Position numbers and translations under genes: made by a program. The notes under the pieces are model-generated. The model searched no databases and was not told where the DNA came from. It saw only the letters and a program-made list of their open reading frames with translations. From assembly GCA_028023455.1 (NCBI GenBank), contig JAQFVV010000007.1, forward strand, positions 9,734,001-9,798,000: a stretch of DNA of 64,000 nucleotides, given 5' to 3'. The DNA comes from Epiperipatus broadwayi (Eukaryota > Animalia > Onychophora). Below, in pieces: positions 40,276 through 52,142 of the stretch (positions are counted from its first letter, which is position 1; every line of letters begins with the position of its first letter).

Positions 40276-42538
40276 TTTTTTCACTAATTAACAAATATTT
40301 TAAATAGTGGAAAGAGATTTGAAGAAGACTGTTCAGTTAAAACTGCTAAATTTAATTCAAATAAAATATAGAATTGGTGCTGCATTAAGTACATTGAAGA
40401 GTGTGTTGGTATTATTTTTTTTTATATTAACAATAATATAGTCAATGGAGAAAAGTTATTGAAAGACAAGAAGTGTATTTAACATACTTAAATTAATACT
40501 GCAAATTTAAAATTCCATCATAAAGTAATTATTTAAATGTATATTACTTCAGTCCAACTTCTTTATAATTTCTTTATTTTCCTACATTTCATTTTAATTA
40601 TCTCCCCAATTTTAATTGCATCACATTTCAATTTGTTATTATACATATTTTTATTTTTTAACAGAATTCATATTTTCACACCATCTCTCTACTACTTTAT
40701 TTATTGCTCATTACTGATCAAAAGCTTTTTTTTTTTTTTTACATCTTAATTCATTTATAATTTAATATGTTTCTAATTTGGCAATTTTAAAATTTCCCAT
40801 CTTTTATTGAAATTTATTTTATAGTTAACTTATTATTAATGAATATGGTGTTTATTTTTATAAAAACTGGTAACTTATATTTCTTCTGTAACAGATAAAA
40901 GAAAATCATTATTTTTAGATTGTAGACTTACTAATTTTATTGGATTCATTATATACACACTCACAAAAAAGTAACTTTTTAGATGACTGAAGGTTGACAA
41001 AAAATACTAATACAGGAGGAATGTATTATAATATTTCTTAGCTTATGTTCTATACTTTAATCATTTAATCAAGTGATATTTTTGACAATTTTTAAAATTC
41101 CAATCTAAGTTAAAAAAAATCTCTAATTTATTAGATATTGTTTTTAATTTGTATTATCAAAAATGTTTAAAAGTAACCAAAAGTCTTACTAAAAAAAATA
41201 ATTTTGTCAATTGGAAGTGAAAACATTTTAAATATTCTAACCAGCAAATTATTAATGTAGAATATTTCAATCTCAAATACTCTATAGTTTACTAACAAAT
41301 AGTCCATATGTGGTTTAAGCGCAATGGTTGAATAGTAGGATCAAGAGATTACATTTCTTGAATCGTATCTTAGTTTATGCTCGAACATCACATGACCATA
41401 TGAACAACTAAACGTAAATAGAATGCTATAACTACAAAACAGTATAAGCTTAAGGTGAGTTGCGTGCCAATACTTAGCATTCCATTATCATATCTTTTTT
41501 TTTAAACTGATTTAATAATTTAATAGAGAATAACCGAAAATGTTATAAAAATATTAGTTGAATGATGTGATTATATTCATATAAGAAAGATGTCAATAGG
41601 AAAAAAATAATGTTTTAAAACAATTTTTTGTTGGTACTCATTGAACATACCTGACAGAGATACCAAAACCATATCGAAGCTGTTAATTCATGAAGTTAAC
41701 ATTTTCAAAGTACTCAAAGAAAAAAAAACTAAAAAATTTTTATATAAACTATAAAAACTTATATGATTGCTAAAAAATAATACACTGTCAAATAATACAG
41801 ACTTGCAAAATTTAATAAAAATTAATAGAAAATAATAAAGTCGTGATTTGTTAATAATTTCTTAACGAACAATACAAATTTTCTTAATTTACTATAAAAA
41901 AACAAATCAAATATTATTACTAGGTATTATGCATTAAGAAATTTTTTTTATAGCTTCATTATTTTGTCTTATTTTTAAACTAAATTACACAAGCTTGTAT
42001 TATTCAGCAATTTACTATTTTTTAGTAAATTATGCAAGCTTTTATAGTTTATATTGTATTATTTTAAAATTATGCATTAAATTTTACAATTATGTTTGAC
42101 ATTACAAAGTCTTTTTCCTAATAAACAACATGCAGTGTGGATTGTGACATTTTGTGAAAATACGGTTTCCACTCATCCAAGTAATAATTATAATCTTCAT
42201 CTGGAATAGAAGTTGTTAATTTTATTTTACAAAAAAAAAAAAAAAGATTTATTGTGAAAATAAATTGTTTGGCTTAAAAAATATAATAAACAGTAACACT
42301 TATTTATTGAATTGATTTTTACAAATTCTAATAATGAAAATTGTTTTAATTTTTTTCTTATTTATTGATTAGCATCTTCAGAATGGCTTAGGTGGCTCCA
42401 TCTAGTAATGCAAGATTCAAATCTGTTATGTTGAACGTCTATGCAATGAATACCTTATTTGTCTTTATATTAGTGACATGTTTGAATTCATTATTCACTT
42501 TAAATAAAGTATTATCTTAAATTTCTCAGAAACTAATA

Positions 42539-43498
42539 CACTTGGGTCTCGTTTTACGCGATAGATAGGTTCCTCAGAAAACGCGCGCAAACGAAATCGT
42601 GCAAAAATAGATGTAACTTACCTTGAAAAAGGGGGGACACGGACTGTGATTTTTCAAAAATCGCGTAAAAGCAAAGCACCAACGTAAAATTACTTTAAAA
42701 TTCGTGAAAAAAAAAAAAATAAGGAAATAAAATATGACTAATAAAAAATTTCAAATTTGAAAAAAATTGATACAAGACAAACTTTTTTTAACTATAATAT
42801 TTAATTTTATTCAAAACAATATATTTTTATGCATAATTTACAGTAATTTATATTTTTTTAATACACGTTTTAATTATTATCGCTATTTGCCGGTAAACAG
42901 GTTCGTTTGCAAACTGATAAAAAAAATCAGATTCTTCACAAGATGAAATACAACTAGCGCCAACGTCACTCTCATGTTGTGTTAATTAATGGTTTTCTGG
43001 TGACAACATAATTAGTAATTAATCTAACAACTAAAAATTAAATTCTTATTTTTGTCTTTAATTTTCAATTTTAATTGTGCCCACTGCTATTACTCACCTT
43101 TTAAAAATAAACTTGCGGATACTAAATGATTAATAATTGATTAGTTCTTTTTTAAAAAGCAAAAACAAAATGTGATTTAAAATGCAAAATTACACACACA
43201 ATGTTTGAACAAATTTACATTATAATCTTGTAAAATTTAATGTGTGTATACATAAAATGTGGAAATCATGATTTTAATTTCATTATTGCAAAAAATCTTA
43301 CTATTATAAAGCACTGAAAATATTGAAATTACTAACATGAAAGTCGAATTCCAATAGTTATGTGCTATTACAGTACTTTCAATATAACATTATTATTTAA
43401 AGTAATAGCGTATTATCAGAGTTCAACTTCCGGTGAAACCTGAATCGCGTAACTTCAATATCTTGTTAAATAAGTCCGCGTAAAAAGAGACCCAGATG
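42539..43498 (-). mobile_element. Same transposon family, copy B, opposite orientation
   Basis: TA TSD; TIRs CACTTGGGTCTCGTTTTACGCG / CGCGTAAAAAGAGACCCAGATG; the interior is the reverse complement of copy A (e.g. 42720-42960 vs 15470-15710). Confidence 0.88.
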
Positions 43499-43506
43499 TA
43501 TTGTCA

Positions 43507-43772
43507 TATATATATATTTTTTCATCACCTCCTTATATTACACTTTAATGCAATCTTTTTTTATAACTCCTTAATTTTGCTTACAGTTTAGATCCTGAAG
43601 TTTTCATCAGAGTTCTCTATAAGTTTCACTTCTCTCTTTATAACTGTAACTTATAGAGAGCTCTGATGAAGATTACAGGAAAGTCAAAACAGTAAGCAAA
43701 ATTAAGAAGGAGTTATAAAAAAAAAATTGCATTAAAGTGTATAAGAGGTGATAAAAAAAAATTAATATATAT
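43507..43772. repeat. Long fold-back palindrome (~120-bp arms, 22-nt loop)
   Basis: ttttttcatcacctc...ttgcttacagttt...ctctataagtt pairs with aacttatagag...aaacagtaagcaa...gaggtgataaaaaaa. Confidence 0.93.
43660..43697 (+). ncRNA. Degenerate hammerhead motif (an inverted second copy lies at ~43578-43612)
   Basis: GCT-CTGATGA-A-GATTA-CAGGA-AAGTC-AAAA-C-A-GTA-AGC; stem I GCT/AGC is kept and G12 is changed to A. Confidence 0.55.
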
Positions 43773-43862
43773 GAATATAAAAAAGAAATGCAAAAAAAGT
43801 AAAGGAGAAGATATAAGAATAATAAACTAATACTGTATAAATAAAACTTCTAAATATTCTAC

Positions 43863-44110
43863 CTTATATTGAGTAATGGGGTAGCTTTCCAAAAGATACT
43901 GATCACAGCCACAGACTTTGAGGAGATAACTGTTCTGATGCTCCAAAACACACTGCTGCTGTTGCTCTTTGGTCATTCCTACACACTTAGTTTTTTTTAA
44001 GATGGCTTCGGCTATAATATTTTCTGGAGAGGAATCTTTGGAAACTTTAACGGTGTATTTCTGCTTACCTCCAGAGGCAGCCAACACCCAAATGCAAATG
44101 ATAATCATTC
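43863..44110 (-). CDS. PIK3CA: PI3K coding exon 3 (Ras-binding domain, GMIIICIWV...ITQYK)
   Basis: Acceptor tttcAG, donor GTAGAA; 248 nt; YLLKVCGCDQYLLE motif. Confidence 0.95.
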
Positions 44111-44985
44111 CTGAAAAATAAATATCCTTAAAATAACACTCGTACTCAATGGTAAAAAAAAATCTTTAAAAATAAATAAAATATATACTTAATAATATAC
44201 ATAGACAATGAATGATAATATTTATTCTATACACTTTGCGCAATACCATACTTTATTAACGACAATTTCAAAACAGCTGATAGTTTTAAACTGTCAACTA
44301 TTTTGAAAGTGTGGTTCTCCCAACATTAAAAAGAAAAAAAATATTTGTATAAAAACAAATATGTAAATAAGTGTAAACAAATGTATATTTATATTTCATG
44401 GAAACATACTTCAATAGAACAAATCAGCAGTGACTTTTACAAATACAATTTTTTTTTTTTTTTTAAAAAAATTACTTTTTAATAATACTTTTTAAAAATT
44501 ATTAAACACAAAAAGATATAAAATTTCAAAGCAAATCTAAAATTGGTGTTCCGAGAAGAAAGTATATAATTATCCAATTTATTATTAAAAGATGTATTCT
44601 TAAAAACTTGTACTGGTAATCACTGTACTCATAATATTTCAAATATTGTGACAGACTTGGTTTTTTTAAAAAATAAGACCATTAAATCATATAATAATTT
44701 CATTTCATAAACTTTATATTTTGCAAGTTATACAAAACAGATCAAAATTCTAATTCTAATTAAAAAATAAAATGATTTTTAATATAGATAAAATTTTGAA
44801 TTTATATAATTGTAAGATCTAATGTTTTTTTAACAAACTTGCAAATAATTTTAGTTTCTCAATTCAGTGAATAGATTTTAATCATAAGTGAACATAAAAC
44901 ATACCATGTTATCATGATTACCCATCTTCATATATATATAAGTATATATTCGTAAAACATTTGACATAAAAAAAAATCAAATTAC

Positions 44986-45192
44986 CTCCATCTAATCTAT
45001 TTTCAACATTTTTAGGTAATTCTGATGAACTTTCTACATCAGGTGGATATACAAACAAAGCCTGCCCTTGCTCTTCCTTTTCTCTTTCTTCAACTGCCTG
45101 CCGTGCAACATTGAACATATTTCGACGAAACTCCATCATTTCAATATCTTTCATTTCATCAAGTTCATTAACTGGCATGCCAATAGCAATAC
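44986..45192 (-). CDS. PIK3CA: PI3K coding exon 2 (GIAIGMPV...RLDGG)
   Basis: Acceptor atatcAG, donor GTAAT; 207 nt; matches the p110alpha linker (YPPDVESSSELPK). Confidence 0.95.
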
Positions 45193-48100
45193 CTGATATA
45201 AAAAAGTAATTACATTCGTAAAAGAATTGCAATATATATAATAAACACATTAAATCAAATCTGTCTATAATTCTGTAGTGATATATTGGACTATTTCCAA
45301 ATTAATTGTTAAATGATTTTAGAAAAATTCAAACTTTATACTTTTCCAAGTGCATTCATTTAGGATGGAATACAATGTTTCTAGCAGTATTATTCTCCAT
45401 ACTTTTTCCTGTATTACAGCCTTACCAATGACGGTATTCGCATAAAAATATCAATAAAATATAAAAATTGAACTGGTGATTTTTAGAAATTTGAATACTG
45501 AATTGAAGACAACATTTTAATGGATTAGGTTATTTTATCAAATAGCCTAATTAGTTTAGTTGGTTAATTAGTGATAAGCTTAAATTCTGTATTCGTGACT
45601 TTTAAGATCATTGATTTGATTCAACTGTTAGCACTACCACTGGTCAAGTCAACAGTATCTGAAAAACAAGAGAATATTTCTACTCAAAATGGTGTATTCT
45701 ATAATAACCCATGCGTTATTACTAACAATTAAAAATATTTGCAAAAGTATAAGGAAAGTTTGAATTTTCTAAATATATTCAACAATTAAACTAAATGATG
45801 GAAATGGGACAACTACAAGTAAAATGTCACCATCATAAACTTTCAGACAAATATGCCTCAATTCTGAATATATTTTGATCATTAATATATTTTAAATTAG
45901 TAACATTTATTGTTTCATTAAAGTCCCCCCCCCCCCATTCTTCTGAAGAATAATTTAAGATTAAAAAGCAATGCAAAATGTAATTTAACCTATATAGTAG
46001 CATAAACATGTTCTTAAATTTATAACAGTTTACATTTTAAAATAACCAAGAATATTGTTTGAGGGTTTAATAATAATAAAAATCTATTATTAAATGGCTA
46101 TTGGTGAAGTAAGGAGCTTTTGTTTAGCTCTATATAGCACATTGCAATAAACAAATAGACAAGTTTTCAAAGAGAAGGAAAGTTATAATATTTGTCAAGA
46201 TAAACAGTACAAGAATATTGAAAAAAAAATTTCAACTTAAAATCTATACTTTAATAATATATTATAAATTTTTTTTTTTAAAAAATGCTTTTATTTAATT
46301 TTTGATTGTCATACGTAATTTAAAATAAAATCACGAGGCATCCATAAATTAATTAATTTAATCAATATAGTTTGTGAACAAATATTTTGGCTTGAATTAA
46401 TTTATGAAACTCCATGCGTTTGTTTAAAGTTACATATAAGCACCAAAACTGTGATAAGGGAAATTTCTTTTTTGCTTTTTACTGAGTGCGTTATTCTTAC
46501 TCTTCCTCCCATACGTTTTTTAAAAATATTTTTTATATATATTATTTTTAATTGCTTAGTGCTTGGGCATTTTGCAAGTGACTTTTCATTAAGAAGACCA
46601 ACACTGTATCACTTCAATTTTTCATAATCATTTGGCATAAACATTTCTATTGTAAACAAACCCAACAATATAAGAATGTCAAAAAATGTCTGTCTGGTAT
46701 TAACAAGTTTAAAAGAGAAATGTTTAAAAAATCGATTACGATATTTTTGTTTTAATTAAGATGGCATTTTAAAAAAGAGTTTTATGTAAACAATCCAAAA
46801 AGAAATTAAGATTTCAAACTGCATTTCTTTCTATTTTTTTTCTTTTAATGAACCTTTAACACTCAAATTACTTTTTCCATTATCACAAACTTATTGACCA
46901 AATTAATTACTAAAACATATTTTATATATATCATTTCAATATCATTTTTTAAAATCATAAAGACTTCATATCTGTTTTTGTAATTAACTGTAAAAGGCCT
47001 TAAAAATTTCTTACTGAAATCAAATGAAAGTGTTTAAATGTCAGTTATAAAATTTTTGTTTTTACTGAAGAAGCAGTGTAAAAAAGCAAGTTTAAAGTAA
47101 ACAATCCAATGAAAAATTAAGATTTCATCTTTCACTTCTTTTTTGAATTCTATTTTAATTAACTGTAAATGCCTTTAAAATCTTCAAATTAAATAGAAGC
47201 ACCTGTTTAAAAAATATCATGCTGTTTATTGTTGATGTCTCAAAACTTACTAAACTGATTTAAATACATATAAGGCTTTAACCTTAATACTATGCGTTTT
47301 GAGTGCTTAATTTTATCATGAGATGGAACCTCTACAAATCTTAACACAAGATTATGACTTTATAAAGATAAGAGCAGTCGTCTTATCTTCAACCTACTTT
47401 CTAATTATATAGGCAAATCTAAAGCATTTTGATTTAAGAGTGTGAAGCTAGTAAATTCTTCACTAACTAAGTCCACTACCTCATTTAGAAATCAACATTT
47501 GCAAAATCTTTTGGTTCACAGCGAGTTAATATTTGGATCTTATAATTAGAAATATTTGGAATCAATTTAAAGTTGTAAACATTAATTCTTATTAAGCGCA
47601 TGGTCAGCACATAAATACATATAAGGCTTTAACCTTAATACTATGCACCTTGAGTTCTTACTGATTTAAATGTGATTTGATTATGCAGCAAGCCAACACT
47701 GTTAGGCTGAACAACTTTGAAATTTTGCATAGCCATTGAAACTGAAACACATGTACAAAATTTGAAGAAAATCCATTCTGTAGAAGTCTTTTAAAATCAG
47801 TTACAAGATATAACCTAAATAAATATAAGTCTTAAGTTAAATAAATCATTTAAAAAGCTGAAAGTACAATGAAGCATGATTATATTAAAGTAATAATGGT
47901 AGTAATATTTGGGGAAAAAGTGGAAATCAAAAAAAAAAAAATCACTGACGAGCAAGAGTAAAAAGAATAATATACTGAAGTGGTAAACATTAAATAAAAA
48001 ATTGAATGTAGGATTTATTTAAAATAAAATGTTAGAGGGAAAACTAAATTTAGACCCCCCCCCCTTATGATTAGAGATTTTAACATTCATTAAATACTTC

Positions 48101-48633
48101 ATTAAAAATTCTTGTTTTCGTTATTAAAGAATTAAAGAAAATAATTTGATATATAAGACAAAATCACCAATTTGCAAATTCCATGAATTGAATAGAAATG
48201 CAAAATTATAGTGATATTAATGAGAAATATTTATCAAGCGCAATTGAGATATTTTAATAGTTACTAAATTTTGTGGGATTTTTAATGTTCATTAGAAGGA
48301 TAATGAGAGCTAAATAAGTAAAATGAAACATTTGGACAGATAGCAATACAGTATTTATGATTATAGAAACCTAAACAATATAAATAAGTAAAAAAAAAAA
48401 AAGAAACTAAGAAAAAAGTTATATATATAAAAAAGCTTATTAAAAACAAATTTTTTAAAATTGGTGTTAATTAAAGAATGTCCTCTAACTATAGTATTTC
48501 AACATATATAATTAAACATGCTATAAACACAATCATATTTAAAAACTTTTTTTTCCAATTAAAAAAATAAATAAATCAGAAAATACAATTTCATGCATTC
48601 ACACACACATATTTATATATATATAAACATACA

Positions 48634-49412
48634 AGATTTTGAACATAATGTAGTTGTTTTTGCAAATAATGCTTCAGAGCTTCAGGAAATGTTACAAGAG
48701 TTATCAGATGAAAGTAAGAAAGTAGAACTAAAGGTAAATGTTAAAAAGACTAAAGTAATGTTCAATGGATTTTCTCAACAGATGTAAATAAAGATTGATT
48801 ATGAAGAGTTAGAAGAAGTTAACAATTACAAATACCTTGGTCAGATTATTACTACAGATGGAAACAGTGGATGAAATTAATCATAGAATTAAACTTGGTT
48901 GGAGTGCTTTTGGTAGAAATAACTTAATACTAAAAGGAAATATACGTATATGTCTGAGAAGTAAGGTTTTTAATAAATGTGTTTTACCAGTTCTTACTTA
49001 TGGATCTGAGGCTTGGACATTTAATAGAAGAGCAAACAGAGACTTCAGACCACTCAAAAAAACATGGAGAGATGCGTGATAAGAGTAACAAGAAGAGACT
49101 GAAAACACAATATATGGATAAGAGAACAAACGGGTGCTAATGACATCATTGAAAGAATTAAAAGACTAAAATGGAGTTGGGCTGGACATATTGCTAGAAA
49201 ACATGATAATAGATAGATAATTGAAATCTTAAACAGGATTCCAAGAGATTGTAAAAGACCCAGAAAGAGACCAAATATGAAACGGGTAGATGAAATAAGA
49301 AAATGTGCAAAGGTAATGTGGAGAAGAAAGGTTAAAGATCGGAGAAGATGGATTGAACTTGGAGAGACCTTCATTCTGTAGTGGACTAATAATGGTTGCC
49401 GATGATGATGAT
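48634..49412 (+). mobile_element. 5'-truncated RTE LINE copy with (GAT)n tail
   Basis: ELQEMLQEL..KVNVKKTKVM, KYLGQ, RIKLGWSAFG, LPVLTYGSEAW, WAGHIAR; tail gatgatgatgat; flanking duplication aaacata(c/t)a at 48625 and 49413. Confidence 0.9.
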
Positions 49413-50465
49413 AAACATATAAACTCATATAAGTATATACAGTCTACTGAATAATTCAATATACATATATTGAAAATCTCTTAGTATCATCTTTATTAAC
49501 TTTCAGCCATTATGTCACATTCCACCATCATTCAACTGCCTTTAGATGATAAAAATTATCATTTCTGAAAACTTTTTAAATGCATATTAATTTACAGTGA
49601 GCCTTGAGTGATCATTACAAAGTAGAATCTCGAAGCAATCATTTTAATATCCTTGTGAATTTTCAATTCATCATAAATATGTAGCAATATAATTAAATAG
49701 CAACATTTAATATGTAATAATTTTAAGCACTAATAAAATTATTCTAGCGCCATTCTTATTAAACTTCGTTCAACTGCTTTTAGCAGATAAAAATGATATC
49801 ACTTCCAATTGCTTTTTGTGTTCATATTAAGATAGTAAATATAGACAATACTGTTTGCAACCTTCAATATTAATTTACAGAGAAGTCATTTTAGATTGTA
49901 ACATTTAGGCCGAAATAACAACTCAGTGAAAAAATGATGAAACTCACAAGTATCATTGTCCATCTTTACCATCATAACAAGAATTCAAAAAGCAGTCAGA
50001 GATTGTATCATTCTCATCTATTAAAGACACTTGGATGATGATATTATGCAAGACTTGATTAAATTGATGAGTTAATGCTAAAAAACTTCCTGACAGCTAC
50101 TAAAATTTACCACATATTAAATCTTAATGTTTAATTATACTATTACATATTTACGATGAATTGGATATTGATTGACAAGGTTTAAAAATAATTTTATATT
50201 CTATCTTGTGAAGATTTTTCAAAGCTGAAATAAATGTCGATTGAAATTACATCTTTGTTAATTAATGGTGAACCTTGTAAACATCAAAGACCAATTTTGC
50301 CATCTTAATAAGATATCAAAAAAGCAGTCCAATGCTGGCATAATACAAATGAGTTATTAAATTTAATGAAAATGACATTAGAAGATTTTCACCTTTGCAT
50401 TATTACATATATATATTGAAAAGTATATATTCATTTCATTGCTCACAATTTAACATGTAACTTAC

Positions 50466-50811
50466 CAATTTCATAATTAAGCATTTTTTCTTCTTTATTT
50501 CCTTTAGGCTCTACGACTTTAAGAATAGGCTGAAACAGACGCAGATCACAAAGACGCCTTGTTTCATCATAAAATTCTTCCCTTTCTGCATCCTGTGTGA
50601 TACTAATAAAAATATACGAAGTGGTTTCGTTCAGCATATAATGCAGAGGATATTTTTTAGCTTCACGCCATAATTCTGTTTTAATACTGTCCAATGTGGC
50701 ATCACGACTGCAGGTTAAGGTTATAATCACACCTGTTGGTAAAAGGCAATCCACGTTGATTTGGGCAGGCATCAAATGATGCCCCCATAATTCTCCTGAA
50801 GATGGCGGCAT
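50466..50811 (-). CDS. PIK3CA: PI3K coding exon 1 (adaptor-binding domain), [10 protein letters not shown]...NYEIG
   Basis: Acceptor ttttttAG at 50814-50813, then 1 nt of UTR and ATG at 50811; donor GTAAG at 50465; 346 nt, phase 1. The acceptor implies an upstream non-coding exon. Confidence 0.96.
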
Positions 50812-52142
50812 ACTAAAAAAAGAAAAAAAAATGTTTTTGCTATTTAACATTATTAACTACATACATAGCTTAATGATAGAATATATATAAAATTAATAAA
50901 TTTAGATAAAAAAAATTGTTCATGCTTTATATATATATTAGCTGCAATTAATCAAAAATAAAAAGAGGATTAAATTTAGTTTATAATATTTTCTAAATAT
51001 TTACATGCACACACACAACCTATTTACATCTAAAAGGAGGGTAAGTCAAAGGTCTGCATTACTATTCAAAATTGATATTACAACAAATGACAGTCCTTGC
51101 TTATATATATACATACACACTTTACTATATATTTTTTTGTTTTTATTAGAATAAAAATTTACTGATTACAAACAAACAGAAAAATGGAATATCCATAATT
51201 ATAACAATTATATCTATAATATATATTACAAATTTATTTATAGTTTAATTCTAATTTTTCATTCTAAGGAATACTATTTCAAACAACAGATTGCCTTTCC
51301 AATGTTTCAACGAAATAGCATCTGCCAAGGTCAAGGTTAATTTTTCAAAAAAAAAAACGAGTGACCTCACATAGTAACGATGTGAGGTAACAACGAGGTT
51401 GAGCGTGAAGCAGTTCAGCATGCAGAATATGTGAATTAACAAAATGTTTATTTTCTTCTGTTTGACCATTAATTGTTTTCAAGTTTATATTAGAAAAAAG
51501 AGATAAAGTAAGTGGTCTCTATAAGACTAGAATATGTTGTGCTTCCTCAATTCACACTTTTCCATGTATTGGCCTTATCGGTTAAGGAATACACATTCAT
51601 TAAATAACACATAAATGCAAAATTGTTTAACAATATTGTGCCACTTAAAAAACATGCAGTAAATCATATCAAGATGTTGATTTGTAACTTCAAGCTTTCT
51701 TATACTAAACTTGCTTAATACAGCATTAGCATACTAGATGGAGTCTGTCCTACACTTCAACATTTAAGGTGATAATTCTATTTTAAAAGATGCCAATGTT
51801 ATTAAATTGCTCTATATTTTTAAATTCAAGTTAAAAACTGCTGCAGATAATTTTTTCTTCTTTCTCTACTGAAGTAATTTAATTTTACAGTTGTTTTCTA
51901 TTTTTCACTGAATTTATTACGTTGTTCCAATTAAGGCTTATATAGAATGTTACAAACATAGTGATAGCAAGCCACGACTACTGAAGATAGCGTTCTGCAG
52001 CATTGTCTGCAGCATCACAATTATTATGACAAATTTTGCAAAATTATATTATGAAGTATCAAGCAGTAAAAAAATTTCCACCAATGAGAATTAAGTGTTA
52101 TAACTTAGTTGTAGAATCCTATCACCTATTATTTCAACCTAC

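Noticed and set aside
24215-50465. General antisense orientation bias of intronic TEs
   Set aside because: Gypsy 1 and the 48.6-kb RTE are antisense, but several old LINE relics are sense; there are too few cases for a pattern.
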